DNA from: a bacterium
Lineage (GTDB): Bacteria > UBA8248 > JACPRG01 > G963555815
Length of the DNA: 64,000 bases
NCBI GenBank assembly: GCA_963555815.3
Contig: CAUVWX020000001.1
Span: forward strand, 416,001 to 480,000
Reading direction: 5' to 3'
In this document: positions 1 to 10,223 of the stretch, piece by piece
Position numbering within the stretch: position 1 is the first letter of the stretch
Layout of the letters: each line of letters opens with the position of its first letter
The notes under the pieces: model-generated
The model's database searches: none
The model's input: only the letters and a program-made list of their open reading frames with translations
Told to the model about the DNA's origin: nothing
Program-made: the position numbers and the translations under genes

Positions 1-388
1 GACCGAGGCCCTGCGTTGCCTTCGCCGGGGGGAGACGGTGGGGCTCCTCATCGATCAGAATATGGCCCATCGGCAGGGGCTCTTCGTCCAGTTCTTCGGG
101 AAATGGGCCTGCACGACACGGCTCCCCGCCCTCCTCGCCCTGAGGACGGGGTCGCCCGTTATCCCGGTCTTCATCCGGCGTCTGGGCGGCGGGAAACACC
201 GGGTGAGCATCGGAGAGGAGGTCCCTCTTGTGCGAACGGGCGTTGTGAGCCAGGACCTGCAGAACAACACGGCGCGTTTCACTCAGATCCTCGAAGAGAT
301 GGTCAAGAGGTATCCAGCGCAATGGTTTTGGATCCATCGCCGCTGGAAGAATCAGCCTCCTTCGTCCATCTCCTCCAGCAGGGTGTGA
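1..388 (+). CDS. Lipid A late acyltransferase (LpxL/HtrB family), 5'-truncated
   Basis: GLLIDQ...FVQFFG...T...A.LA...PAQWFWIHRRWK C-terminal motifs; frame runs off the window start. Confidence 0.85.
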   Translation, partial: TEALRCLRRGETVGLLIDQNMAHRQGLFVQFFGKWACTTRLPALLALRTGSPVIPVFIRRLGGGKHRVSIGEEVPLVRTGVVSQDLQNNTARFTQILEEMVKRYPAQWFWIHRRWKNQPPSSISSSRV

Positions 389-398
389 GGAGAACAGG

Positions 399-1418
399 GT
401 GGAGATCTGGGTGATTGGGCCCACCTGGGTGGGCGACGCGGTGATGGCCACGCCGATCCTGGCAAACCTCAAGGCCGCGCACCCGGAGGCCAGGCTGGGC
501 CTCTTGGCAAGCGTCGAGACGGGGGCCCTGCTGAGGGATCACCCCCACGTGGACGTCCTAGAGGTGAGGGAGAGGGGCACCATGGGGTGGTGGCGGGCGG
601 CGAGAGCCCTCAGGCGGCGGCACATCGACTGGGCCCTCATCCTGCCCAATTCTTTTCAAAGTGCTATGGTGGCCTATCTCAGCGGCGCAAGACGTCGAAC
701 TGGATACGCCCGGGATGGCCGCTCCGCTCTCCTCACAGAACCCATTGCCTTTTCACCGGAGCGAAGACTCCACCAGGTGGAGGAGTACCTGGCCCTTCTA
801 GAGGGGGCCGGGGTTCCCGTCGTCGAGCGCCAGCCCTTCCTTCCCTTGGTCCCCGAGGAGGAGGCCTTTGTCGACAGGGTTTGGCAGGCCAAGGGGATCG
901 GCCCTGGAGAGCCGGTCCTGGGACTGAACCCGGGGGCACATTTTGGGGAGACAAAGCTTTGGGATCCTCTGCGCCACGCCGCTGTGGCGGACCGGCTGGC
1001 CCAGGAGGAAGGGGTCCGCATCGTGATCTTCGGGGACCGGAAGGAAATGTCTCTGGCGGCTCGGATTGAGGAAAACCTGAAGGCGCCTTCGGTCAATATG
1101 GCGGGCGGGGATGACCTCCCCAAGCTGGCGGCGATGCTTCGGCGCTGTTCAGTCCTCCTGACGGCCGATACGGGCCCCATGCACATGGCGGCCGCTCTGG
1201 GGACACCTGTGGTGGCCCTCTTTGGCCCAACGGACCCCCGGCACACCGCCCCCTATGGGGAAGGCCACACGGTCCTTCGCCGGGACCTCTTCTGCTCTCC
1301 TTGTTTTCTGAAACGCTGTCCCTACGGCCACGAGTGCATGGAGGAACTGGAGGTGGAGGAGGTCGTCGATGCCGTCCGATCAAAGCTCAAGCTTCCTCGC
1401 GGGATAAATTCCAGCTGA
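399..1418 (+). CDS. waaF: LPS heptosyltransferase II (GT9)
   Basis: GPTWVGDAVMATP, LPNSFQSA, LNPGAHFG, DTGPMHMAAALGTPVVALFGPT. Confidence 0.9.
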   Translation: MEIWVIGPTWVGDAVMATPILANLKAAHPEARLGLLASVETGALLRDHPHVDVLEVRERGTMGWWRAARALRRRHIDWALILPNSFQSAMVAYLSGARRRTGYARDGRSALLTEPIAFSPERRLHQVEEYLALLEGAGVPVVERQPFLPLVPEEEAFVDRVWQAKGIGPGEPVLGLNPGAHFGETKLWDPLRHAAVADRLAQEEGVRIVIFGDRKEMSLAARIEENLKAPSVNMAGGDDLPKLAAMLRRCSVLLTADTGPMHMAAALGTPVVALFGPTDPRHTAPYGEGHTVLRRDLFCSPCFLKRCPYGHECMEELEVEEVVDAVRSKLKLPRGINSS

Positions 1419-1450
1419 AAGGAACCTTTCTAAGAACGGGAGACAAAAGG

Positions 1451-2449
1451 GTGGGTCTAAAGGAGCGAGCCCGGGACTTTTCCGGCCGGCGCATCACCGT
1501 TCTTGGCGACATCATCGCCGATGAATACCTCCTTGCCCAAACGGACCGAATCTCCCGCGAGGCCCCCGTCCCGATCTTGAAATATCGTTCGCGGGAGCTC
1601 TCCCTTGGAGGGGCCGCCAACGCAGCCCATAATGTAAAAGCCCTCGGGGGAGACGTTTCCCTCGTCGGCATTGTGGGGGAGGATCACCTCGGGAAGGAGA
1701 TATTGAAACTTCTTGAGACCGAGGGGGTCGACACCCAACGGGTCATCCGCGCCCAGGAGGCCGCGACCACCTGTAAGACGCGCATCCTGGCGGGAGGCTT
1801 CCATACCACCAAACATCAGATCCTTCGGATCGATCGGGAATCGGAGGGGGAATATGCAAAAACCACCACAGAGAGGCTCTTGGCCTCTTTGGAGGAGGCC
1901 TTGCAGGGCGCAGAGGCCCTGGTGGTCTCAGACTATGGCCTGGGTGTGGTGAAGGAGCCTGTGGTGGCAGCGGTCAACCGCCTGGCCGAGAGGGCCCTTG
2001 CAGCTTCTTCCAATCCCCGATCGCCCCTTGTGACCGTGGACTCCCGCCATAACCTCCTCGCCTTTCGGGGGATTACCGCCCTGACTCCAAACGAGCTTGA
2101 GCTCCAGGAGGTGATCGACAATCACCTCCCTGAAGATAGGATTTTCCAGGAGGGCGAGGCCCTTCGCCGCCGTCTGGGGGCGCGGGGGCTCTTGCTCACC
2201 CGGGGGAGTCGTGGGATGGTCCTCTTTGAAGCGGGGGAAGAGCCCCGGCCTATTGGCATCTTCGGCCTCGATAAGGCGGCGGACGGGACGGGCGCCGGAG
2301 ACACCGTCATCAGCGCCTTCACCCTGGCCCAGGCGGCCGGGGCCTCTATGTGGGAGGCGGCCCAGCTGGCCAACATCGCGGGAGGCCTCGTCGTGATGAA
2401 GCGTGGGACGGCCACCGTGAGCGCCCGAGAGCTTCTAGAGGCCCTATGA
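1451..2449 (+). CDS. hldA: D-glycero-D-manno-heptose-7-phosphate kinase (RfaE domain I, PfkB family)
   Basis: VLGDIIADEY, RISREAPVP, GGAANAA, SDYGLG, TPNE, TGAGDT; GTG at 1451 chosen over upstream TTG. Confidence 0.88.
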   Translation: MGLKERARDFSGRRITVLGDIIADEYLLAQTDRISREAPVPILKYRSRELSLGGAANAAHNVKALGGDVSLVGIVGEDHLGKEILKLLETEGVDTQRVIRAQEAATTCKTRILAGGFHTTKHQILRIDRESEGEYAKTTTERLLASLEEALQGAEALVVSDYGLGVVKEPVVAAVNRLAERALAASSNPRSPLVTVDSRHNLLAFRGITALTPNELELQEVIDNHLPEDRIFQEGEALRRRLGARGLLLTRGSRGMVLFEAGEEPRPIGIFGLDKAADGTGAGDTVISAFTLAQAAGASMWEAAQLANIAGGLVVMKRGTATVSARELLEAL

Positions 2450-2940
2450 ACTCCAGAGTCCCGCCCACAGCGCCCATCAAGAATCTTGAGGAGCTTCAGA
2501 CCATCGTGGAGGAGCAGAAGGGGAAAGGACGTCGCGTCATCTTTGCCAATGGCTGCTTTGACCTGCTCCACGTGGGCCACATCCGGTATCTCACGCAGGC
2601 CCGGGCCCTGAGGGATCTCCTGATCGTTGGGGTCAATGACGACGCCTCGACCCGCACCCTGAAAGGGGAAGGGAGGCCCCTGATGGGCCAGGAGGATCGG
2701 CTGAAAATTCTCTCGGCCCTGAGATGCGTGGACTACCTTCTCCTCTTCGGGGAGCAAGACGTCAGCCGCATCCTGAAGGTCCTGAAGCCTCACGTCCACG
2801 CCAAGGGGACGGACTATGCGGAAGAGACGGTTCCGGAGCGTGAAACAGTCCGGGCCTATGGGGGCGAGGTCGCCATCACTGGAGACCCAAAGACCCGCTC
2901 CTCATCCGATTTCATTCGCCAACTGACGAATGATGACTGA
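2446..2940 (+). CDS. hldC: Heptose-1-phosphate adenylyltransferase (RfaE domain II)
   Basis: FANGCFDLLHVGHIRYL, GVNDD, KGTDY; ATGA overlap with previous gene. Confidence 0.9.
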   Translation: MNSRVPPTAPIKNLEELQTIVEEQKGKGRRVIFANGCFDLLHVGHIRYLTQARALRDLLIVGVNDDASTRTLKGEGRPLMGQEDRLKILSALRCVDYLLLFGEQDVSRILKVLKPHVHAKGTDYAEETVPERETVRAYGGEVAITGDPKTRSSSDFIRQLTNDD

Positions 2941-3991
2941 ACGGATCGGAATCATTAAGCTGGGGTCCCTCGGAGACATCGTCCACACCTTGCCAGCCCT
3001 AGCAACTCTTCGGCGCCACTACCCGAAGGCTTACATTGGCTGGATGGTCGAAGCGCCTAACCGGGATCTCCTAAAGGACCATCCCCTCGTGGATGAGGTC
3101 TTCCTCGTCGACACCGCCAAGTGGCGACGGCTTCGTTGGAGCGGAGCCCTCCCCGCCCTTCGCCGGATCCGCCGGGCAGGCTTTGAGGTGGTCATCGATT
3201 TTCAAGGGTTGCTGAAGAGTGCGCTCCTCGGCCGGTGGACGGGCGCCAGAACTCGAATCGGTTTTGAGGCCGCCCTCTGCCGAGAGCCTGTCAGCGCCAA
3301 TTTCTCCACGGTACAGGTCCGCCCCCCACCCGGGGCTCGCCATGTGGTCGATCTCAACCTCTCTCTTCTCTCTTCTCTGGTGGCCCACCCGGAGAAGGAA
3401 AGAATTGAGTTTCCCCTCGGATTGACGCCAGCGGAGCAACGCCGAGCCGAGACCTATTTCTCTCAACTGGGATGGGGTCCCGAGACGCCTGTCCTGGCCC
3501 TTCATCCCGGCGCGGGATGGGCCACCAAGCGGTGGGAGACCGCCCGGTACGCCGCCCTTGGAGACCGCCTGGCCAAGGAGACGGGGGCCCGGCTTCTCCT
3601 CACTTGGGGCCCCGGGGATAAAGCCAGCGTCGAAGCCCTTCGCCTGACCCTGCGGGCCCCGGCTGAACTCGCCCCCCCCACCCGTATCAAGGAGCTCGCC
3701 GCCATCCTAGAACGATGCCAGCTCTTCATCGGCGGCGACACCGGCCCACTTCATCTCGCAACAGCCCTGGGGGTCCCAACGGTCGCCATCTTCGGGCCCA
3801 CGACGCCCGAGCGAAACGGCCCCTACGGGTCTCTGGGGCGGGTGGTCCACCATGAACTCCCCTGCAGCCACTGCTACAAAAGGGTCTGCCCGGGCTACGG
3901 CACCCGTTGCCTCACCTCGATGACCGTCGAGGAGGTGGCAGAGGTCGCCTTGGAGCGGTGGTCACCAGCGACCTCGCCAGGCCGCTGGTGA
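2930..3991 (+). CDS. waaC: LPS heptosyltransferase I (GT9)
   Basis: KLGSLGDIVHTLP, DFQGLLKSA, DTGPLHLATALG, FGPT. Confidence 0.88.
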   Translation: MMTERIGIIKLGSLGDIVHTLPALATLRRHYPKAYIGWMVEAPNRDLLKDHPLVDEVFLVDTAKWRRLRWSGALPALRRIRRAGFEVVIDFQGLLKSALLGRWTGARTRIGFEAALCREPVSANFSTVQVRPPPGARHVVDLNLSLLSSLVAHPEKERIEFPLGLTPAEQRRAETYFSQLGWGPETPVLALHPGAGWATKRWETARYAALGDRLAKETGARLLLTWGPGDKASVEALRLTLRAPAELAPPTRIKELAAILERCQLFIGGDTGPLHLATALGVPTVAIFGPTTPERNGPYGSLGRVVHHELPCSHCYKRVCPGYGTRCLTSMTVEEVAEVALERWSPATSPGRW

Positions 3992-4008
3992 GAGTGCATA
4001 ACGGACGG

Positions 4009-4962
4009 ATGCGCTGCCTTGTGACAGGGGCCGCCGGCTTCATCGGCTCCCACCTCTGCGAGGCCCTGACGGCTGAGGGCCACTCCGTGCGCGGTGTGGA
4101 CTCCTTCACGGACCTCTACCCCCGAGCTTGCAAGGAAAAAAACCTTGCCTCCCTGCAGCGAGAGACTCATTTCGAGCTCAAGGAAGCGGATCTGGTCGAG
4201 GCAGATTGTGAAAACCTTCTTCGAGAAGTGGACTGGGTGTTTCACCAGGCTGCCCATGCGGGTGTGCGCCAGAGCTGGGGCAAAAAATTTCGAAGCTACA
4301 CAGAATATAACGTCTTAGCAACGCAACGGTTGCTGGAGGCCTGCCGGCAAAAAAACCTTAAGAAATTCCTCTACGCCTCTTCTTCCTCCATCTACGGAGA
4401 GGCCGAGCTCTGCCAGACGTCCGAAGACGCCCCGCCGAAACCTCTCTCCCCCTATGGGGTCAGCAAACTGGCGGGCGAGCATCTGTGTTACCTCTACATG
4501 CAGCAATTCGCCGTTCCCACGGTGGCCCTTCGGTATTTCACCGTGTACGGCCCAAGGCAACGCCCCGACATGGCCTTCCACCGGTTCATCGCAGCCCTCC
4601 TAGACAGCCAGACCCTGGAGATCTATGGGGACGGCGAACAGACGCGGGATTTTACCTATGTCAGCGACGTGGTGAAGGCCAACCTGGCGGCGACCGTTTC
4701 CGGACAGGCAGGAGGGGTCTACAATATCGGGGGCGGGGAGCGGGCCTCCGTGAACCAGATCATTCAAATGCTGGAAACCCTCGCAGGGCGACCTGCGAAG
4801 GTGCACTCCCTCCAACGCGAGGCAGGAGACGTCCGTCACACCTGGGCGGATGTTTCCCGTGCCCGCCAGGAGATAGGATTTTCGCCGCAGGTGGGGCTCC
4901 AGGAGGGGCTCAAGCGACAGTTTGATTGGCAAGCAGGGAGGAAAAGAGATGCCCATCGATAA
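4009..4962 (+). CDS. NAD-dependent nucleotide-sugar epimerase (UDP-glucuronate/GalE-like extended SDR)
   Basis: VTGAAGFIGS, SSSSIYG, YGVSK, YFTVYGPRQRPDMA. Confidence 0.88.
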   Translation: MRCLVTGAAGFIGSHLCEALTAEGHSVRGVDSFTDLYPRACKEKNLASLQRETHFELKEADLVEADCENLLREVDWVFHQAAHAGVRQSWGKKFRSYTEYNVLATQRLLEACRQKNLKKFLYASSSSIYGEAELCQTSEDAPPKPLSPYGVSKLAGEHLCYLYMQQFAVPTVALRYFTVYGPRQRPDMAFHRFIAALLDSQTLEIYGDGEQTRDFTYVSDVVKANLAATVSGQAGGVYNIGGGERASVNQIIQMLETLAGRPAKVHSLQREAGDVRHTWADVSRARQEIGFSPQVGLQEGLKRQFDWQAGRKRDAHR

Positions 4963-5134
4963 AGAACTTTTGGATATCTTGGCCTGTCCCAAATGCAAAG
5001 GAGATATCCATCTCACCGAGGCAAAGGACGGTCTCGTCTGCGACGCCTGCCAACTCCTCTACCCCATCAAGGACGAGATCCCGGTTATGCTCATCGAGGA
5101 GGCCATTCCCCTTGGGGGAGAGAAGAAGGATTAG
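4949..5134 (+). CDS. Trm112/YcaR family protein
   Basis: LLDILACPKCK...YPIKDEIPVML..EA. Confidence 0.9.
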   Translation: MPIDKELLDILACPKCKGDIHLTEAKDGLVCDACQLLYPIKDEIPVMLIEEAIPLGGEKKD

Positions 5135-5164
5135 CCCAGCCATGGGTCAAGGAGGAACCAGGCG

Positions 5165-5959
5165 ATGGGGCAAAAGGTAGCCCTTTCGGCCGCGGTGGTG
5201 GCCCAGAACGAGGCGGAGCGGATCGGCCCCTGCCTGGACAGCCTGAGCTGGGTGGACGAGATCATCGTGGTGGACGGGGGGAGCGCCGATGGGACCCAAA
5301 ACCTTTGCCGTCAGCACGGGGCCCGGGTCATCGAACATCCCTGGGAAGGATACTCTATCCAGAAGAATCGAGCCCTCGGAGAGGCCAGCCACCCCTGGGT
5401 CCTTTCTGTCGACGCCGATGAGAGGGTCACTGAGGATCTGCGACAAGAGATCGAGGACCTCTTGAGCGGCGAGCCCGCCTGCAACGGGTACTATATCCCC
5501 CGAAAGAATATTTTTTGGGGACACTGGATGCGCGGCCGGCAGTTCTACCCCGACTATCAGATGCGTCTCATTCGCCGCGAAAAGGCGGGGTTTGTCGAAC
5601 GGAAGGTCCACGAGTCGGCCTTCGTCGCGGGCCCCACGGGAAAACTCCGAGGGGCTCTTGAGCACTATAGCTACAGCGACTTAAGAGACTATCTGCAACG
5701 CCAGCACCACTATGCCAGCCTGGCTGCCGAGGAGCTGAGAGAAAGAGGAGTGCGCCCCAGATGGCACCACCTCCTCCTTCGCCCGCCCGCCCGGTTCCTC
5801 AAGGGCTATGTGCTGAGGGGGGGCTTTGTGGACGGGCTGGATGGCCTCCTCGTGGCGGGCATGGACGCCCTCTACGTCCTGGCCAAATATGGGAGGCTGA
5901 GGGAGCTCTGGGAGCGAAATTCTGAAGGCCCCTCCCCGCCCCTTGACCCACAGCGCTAA
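5165..5959 (+). CDS. GT2 glycosyltransferase (WaaE/KdtX-like)
   Basis: NEAERI..CL.SL.WVDEIIVVDGGS.D, DADE, YPDYQMRL, VHE. Confidence 0.88.
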   Translation: MGQKVALSAAVVAQNEAERIGPCLDSLSWVDEIIVVDGGSADGTQNLCRQHGARVIEHPWEGYSIQKNRALGEASHPWVLSVDADERVTEDLRQEIEDLLSGEPACNGYYIPRKNIFWGHWMRGRQFYPDYQMRLIRREKAGFVERKVHESAFVAGPTGKLRGALEHYSYSDLRDYLQRQHHYASLAAEELRERGVRPRWHHLLLRPPARFLKGYVLRGGFVDGLDGLLVAGMDALYVLAKYGRLRELWERNSEGPSPPLDPQR

Positions 5960-5962
5960 AAA

Positions 5963-7096
5963 ATGACGCCTCCTCTCACCATCCTCCAAGTCATTAGCAG
6001 TCCCTGGTGGACGGGGGCCGCCCTCTCTGTCCTGGATCTCAGCCGGGGGCTGGCCGCGCGGGGTCACCGTGTCTTCCTGGCCCTCATCCCAGGGGGCGCC
6101 CTGGAAGATCGGGCCCGCCTGGCAGAGGTTCCCCTGGTCACGAACCTGCGGCTGAACCGACGAGGGAATCCGCTCTGGTTCTTCTCTGACTGGATCCGCC
6201 TGAGGAAACTTCTAAAGAGGCATGACATCGACGTCGTTCACACCCATCTCTCCCATGACCACTGGGCCGCGGCACTGGCCCAACGGCGGATGCAAGACCG
6301 GCCTATCTCTTTGCGAACCTTTCACTCCCAACGGGCGGTCAAGGGAGATCCCGTCTCCCGCCGCCTCTACGTCCGCATGACAGACGGGGCGGTGGCGGTC
6401 TCAGACCCCATCTGTCAGGCCTGCCTCGGGCGGGCAGGTTTTCAGTCGGAATTGGTGCGGACCATCCCGGGGGCTGTTGATCTAGAGCGGTTCCTTCCGC
6501 GTTCCCCCAGATCGGGGTTGGCGCAAAGACTCGGGCTGAACGGCACGGGTTCTTTGGTTGGGATCGTATCTCGCCTGGCGCCGGACCGCGGTCACGCCGC
6601 CCTTCTGGAGGCCTTCGCCCACGTCCGAAGAGAGATCCCCGGGACGAAACTCCTGATTGTAGGAAAGGGGGAGCACACATCTGAAATCCGCCTCAAGCTC
6701 AGAATGCTCGGCCTCCTTGGGGATGTCATCATGACAGGCTATTGGGAGGAGGACATCCGGGACGTTCTCGCCCTCATGGACATCTTCGTCCTCCTGTCCC
6801 CAGGCTCTGGGGGAGCGGGCAGGGCGCTCCTAGAGGCCATGGCCATGGGGCTGCCCAGCGTGGTGGCCGATTGTGGGGGGCTCGGTGAGATCGTGGTGGA
6901 GGGGGAGTCGGGCGTCGTCGTCCCGCCCGGGGAAGTTTCCGCCCTGGCCAAGGCCATCATCGAACTTCTACGGGACCCGGAGCGGGCCAAGCGGATGGGA
7001 GCCGCGGCCCGGCAAAGGGTGAAGGAAAGCTACCCCCTGGACCTCTTGGTCGAGCGGACAGAGAGATGGTATCTGGAGCTGATGGAGAGAAGATGA
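5963..7096 (+). CDS. GT4 glycosyltransferase
   Basis: GT-B fold motifs, LLEAMAMGLP. Confidence 0.85.
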   Translation: MTPPLTILQVISSPWWTGAALSVLDLSRGLAARGHRVFLALIPGGALEDRARLAEVPLVTNLRLNRRGNPLWFFSDWIRLRKLLKRHDIDVVHTHLSHDHWAAALAQRRMQDRPISLRTFHSQRAVKGDPVSRRLYVRMTDGAVAVSDPICQACLGRAGFQSELVRTIPGAVDLERFLPRSPRSGLAQRLGLNGTGSLVGIVSRLAPDRGHAALLEAFAHVRREIPGTKLLIVGKGEHTSEIRLKLRMLGLLGDVIMTGYWEEDIRDVLALMDIFVLLSPGSGGAGRALLEAMAMGLPSVVADCGGLGEIVVEGESGVVVPPGEVSALAKAIIELLRDPERAKRMGAAARQRVKESYPLDLLVERTERWYLELMERR

Positions 7097-7172
7097 AGAG
7101 AGGATCCCTTTTGTTTACACTACAGGGGCCATTCGCAACGTCGCCGCGGGCTTTCTTGGACACCCGGATCTC

Positions 7173-8921
7173 ATGAAGACTTACATCAGACTCCTTCGGT
7201 ACATGACAGCCTATTGGCGGCGCTTCGTCGTGGCCGTGATCTGCATGGCCTTTGTGGGAGCCCTCTCGACCGTCCCCGCCTTCTTCATGAAACAGGTCGT
7301 GGACGACCTCTTCATCGCCCAAAACGCATGGATGCTCGTTTTCCTCCCTCTGGTTATCCTCGTGACCTATCTGGCCAGGGGCATCTTCCTCTACGGCCAG
7401 ACCTATCTCATGTACTGGATCGGCCAGCGGGTCGTGATGGATGTGCGAAACGCCCTCTACCGCCACCTCCACAAATTGCCCCTCGCCTTCTTCGAACGAA
7501 AGGCGACGGGGGAGTTGATGTCGAAGCTCACCTACGACATCACCCTCATGCAGAAGGCCTCCTCCTCAGCCGTCCGGGACATGGGAAGACAGGGCTTCAC
7601 CCTCCTCTTCCTCCTCGGTCTTGCCTTCCACCGGGACCCCATCCTGGCAGGGGTCTTCATCCTTGTCCTTCCTCCCCTTGGCTTTCTCGTCGCGCGGATG
7701 GGAGCGAAGATCCGGCGGATCACGAGACAAAGTCAGCAACGGATGGGCGACATGAGCGCGATCATGAAGGAGGCCTTTAGCGGGGTCCGGGTGGTCAAGG
7801 CCTTCAACGCCGAAGATTACGAGATAGAACGCTTTCGCCGTTCCAACAAGCGGTTCTTCAACATCATCATGAAGGCCCAGCGGGTCCGGGCACTCTCCCA
7901 CCCCCTGGTGGAAGTCCTGGGAGGAATAGGGGCTGCACTCGTCTTGTGGTACGGCGGAACCCAGGTGATCAACGGCCTGAGGACCCCCGGAGAATTCGCC
8001 TCATTCCTGGTGGCCATTGGTCTCATCTACAGCCCCATTAAAAGCCTAACCCGGGTCTATCACACCCTTCAGGAGGGGATGGCGGCGTCGGACGAGGTCT
8101 TTGGCCTGATGGACGAGACCACCCACCTGCAACGGCCTGCCGGGGGTCGCCCTGCGCCCAAGCTAACCCGCGCCATCACCTTCGAAGGAGTCTCCTTCCA
8201 GTACCAGGACGCGCCGGTCCTGGAGGACATTAATCTGGAGATCCGGGCCGGAGAGACGGTGGGCCTGGTCGGAGAGAGCGGGGCCGGAAAGACCACCTTC
8301 CTGGACCTTCTCTTAGGCTTCTATCACCCAATCCGCGGGCGAATCCTGTGGGACGGGATCGACCTGAGGGAGCTCGACCCCATCTCACTGCGCAGCCAGA
8401 TAGGGGTCGTCACCCAACAGACGATCCTCTTCAATGAATCGATGGCGGGTAATATCGCCTACAATCTCCCCGACGTTTCCCCCGACCAGATAGAGGCGGC
8501 CGCCCGCGCCGCAAACGCCCACGGCTTCATCTCCGCCTTGCCCAGGGGATACGACACCGTCATCGGGGAGGACGGCGCGCTCATGTCCGGGGGAGAACGC
8601 CAGCGCGTGGCCATCGCCCGGACCCTTCTGAGAGACCCACCCCTTCTCCTCCTCGACGAGGCCACCTCGGCCCTGGATTCCAAGTCTGAGCGTGAGATCC
8701 AGGAAGCCCTGAACCACCTCATGGAGGGGCGAACGAGCGTCGTGGTGGCACACCGCCTCTCGACGATCCGACGGGCGGACCGCATCCTGGTCCTTCACCG
8801 GGGAAGGCTGGTCGAGGAAGGACCCCACGACTCCCTCATGGCCAAAGACGGGGTGTACCGAAAACTCTACGACCTTCAACGGCTGGAGGGGCCCCTTCAG
8901 CCCGCCGAGACGGGCCCCTGA
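7173..8921 (+). CDS. msbA: Lipid A-core flippase ABC exporter
   Basis: N-terminal TM domain; GESGAGKT Walker A, MSGGERQR signature, LLLDEATSALD; LPS context. Confidence 0.85.
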   Translation: MKTYIRLLRYMTAYWRRFVVAVICMAFVGALSTVPAFFMKQVVDDLFIAQNAWMLVFLPLVILVTYLARGIFLYGQTYLMYWIGQRVVMDVRNALYRHLHKLPLAFFERKATGELMSKLTYDITLMQKASSSAVRDMGRQGFTLLFLLGLAFHRDPILAGVFILVLPPLGFLVARMGAKIRRITRQSQQRMGDMSAIMKEAFSGVRVVKAFNAEDYEIERFRRSNKRFFNIIMKAQRVRALSHPLVEVLGGIGAALVLWYGGTQVINGLRTPGEFASFLVAIGLIYSPIKSLTRVYHTLQEGMAASDEVFGLMDETTHLQRPAGGRPAPKLTRAITFEGVSFQYQDAPVLEDINLEIRAGETVGLVGESGAGKTTFLDLLLGFYHPIRGRILWDGIDLRELDPISLRSQIGVVTQQTILFNESMAGNIAYNLPDVSPDQIEAAARAANAHGFISALPRGYDTVIGEDGALMSGGERQRVAIARTLLRDPPLLLLDEATSALDSKSEREIQEALNHLMEGRTSVVVAHRLSTIRRADRILVLHRGRLVEEGPHDSLMAKDGVYRKLYDLQRLEGPLQPAETGP

Positions 8922-9002
8922 CGTGGAAGCCTCCCCAGAAAGGGGCCGGAGAGATCGCCCCGTCGACATTCTCCCATCAGAACCCGACACCGCGAGGTAT
9001 CA

Positions 9003-10223
9003 ATGTGCCCCGAAGGGGGGACTCTCTCCATCGTCCAGCTCCTGAGCTGCCGTGGCTGGAGCTCGGACGCCTGGAACGCCCTTTCCCTGACCCGAGGGCT
9101 TCAGGATCGGGGCCACCGGGTCCTTCTGGTCTGCCGTCAGGGGAAGGGGGAGAACATTATCCGAAGGGCCTCCGCCGCCGGGATCCAGCGCATCCGCACC
9201 CTTTCCTTTAAGACCGGGTTTCGGCCCGGAGCTTGGTGGATGGACATCCGGGATCTCAGGCGCCTTTGTCTGGACGAAAGGGTCGAGATCATTCACGCCC
9301 ACCGGGGTCAGGAACACTGGCTCTCTGCGGCTGCCCTAAAACTCCCCGGCTATTCGGCCCCCTTTCGGCCCCGTCTCTTTCGAAGCCGCCACATCCTCCG
9401 ACCCGTCCAGGCCCACCTCCTGAACCGTTGGCTTTACAACGGCCCGACGGATCGAACCATCGCCGTCACGGATGAGATCCGAAGGCGATATCTCCGTTTC
9501 GGGGCGTTTCAGTCGGAGCGTTTCAGCGTCATCCCGGGAGGAGTGGATGGTCACGCCTTTCGCCCAGATCTCGACGGCAATACCCTCAGGAGATCTCTGG
9601 GGATTGGACCACAAGATGTGGCTGTAGGCATGGCGGCCAGCTTCATCCCCATCAAGGGCCATCTCCTGGCCCTGGAGGCCTTGGCCCTCGTCAGGCGCCG
9701 CGGCCTTCCGGTGGTCTACCTCCTTGCGTCCTCCGGGGGGGACGAGGAGAAGATCAAGAAGCGGGCCCAGGAGATGGATCTCTCCAAGTGGGTCCACTTC
9801 CTAGGCTACCAGGAGGACCTGCCCTCGGCCCTGGCGGCCACTGACGTGGGCCTTTTTGCCTCTCATCAGTCCGAGGGCACCAGCCGGGCCCTCCTGGAGT
9901 TCATGGCCATGGGAAGGCCCGTCGTGGCCACTGACGTCGGGTGCGTGCGGGAGCTCCTCGCCGACGGGGAGGAGGGGATTATTGTGCCGCCGAAAGACCC
10001 CGAGGCCATGGCCATGGCCCTTGAAAAACTCGCCCTGGACCTGGAGGGCCGCCGCCAGATGGGATCAGCCGCCCGAAGACGGGCCGAGCAGGATTATTCG
10101 CGGGACGTGATGGTGGATCGAATGGAGGCCCTCTACCGCCAGGTCCTCTCTCAGGGACGAGATCCCTCCTCGAGAACAGACAGATCCGCTTTCTCAGGCT
10201 TCGCCGGAGGATCTTCTCCGTGA
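9003..10223 (+). CDS. GT4 glycosyltransferase
   Basis: KGH, EG.SRALLEFMAMGRPVV. Confidence 0.85.
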   Translation: MCPEGGTLSIVQLLSCRGWSSDAWNALSLTRGLQDRGHRVLLVCRQGKGENIIRRASAAGIQRIRTLSFKTGFRPGAWWMDIRDLRRLCLDERVEIIHAHRGQEHWLSAAALKLPGYSAPFRPRLFRSRHILRPVQAHLLNRWLYNGPTDRTIAVTDEIRRRYLRFGAFQSERFSVIPGGVDGHAFRPDLDGNTLRRSLGIGPQDVAVGMAASFIPIKGHLLALEALALVRRRGLPVVYLLASSGGDEEKIKKRAQEMDLSKWVHFLGYQEDLPSALAATDVGLFASHQSEGTSRALLEFMAMGRPVVATDVGCVRELLADGEEGIIVPPKDPEAMAMALEKLALDLEGRRQMGSAARRRAEQDYSRDVMVDRMEALYRQVLSQGRDPSSRTDRSAFSGFAGGSSP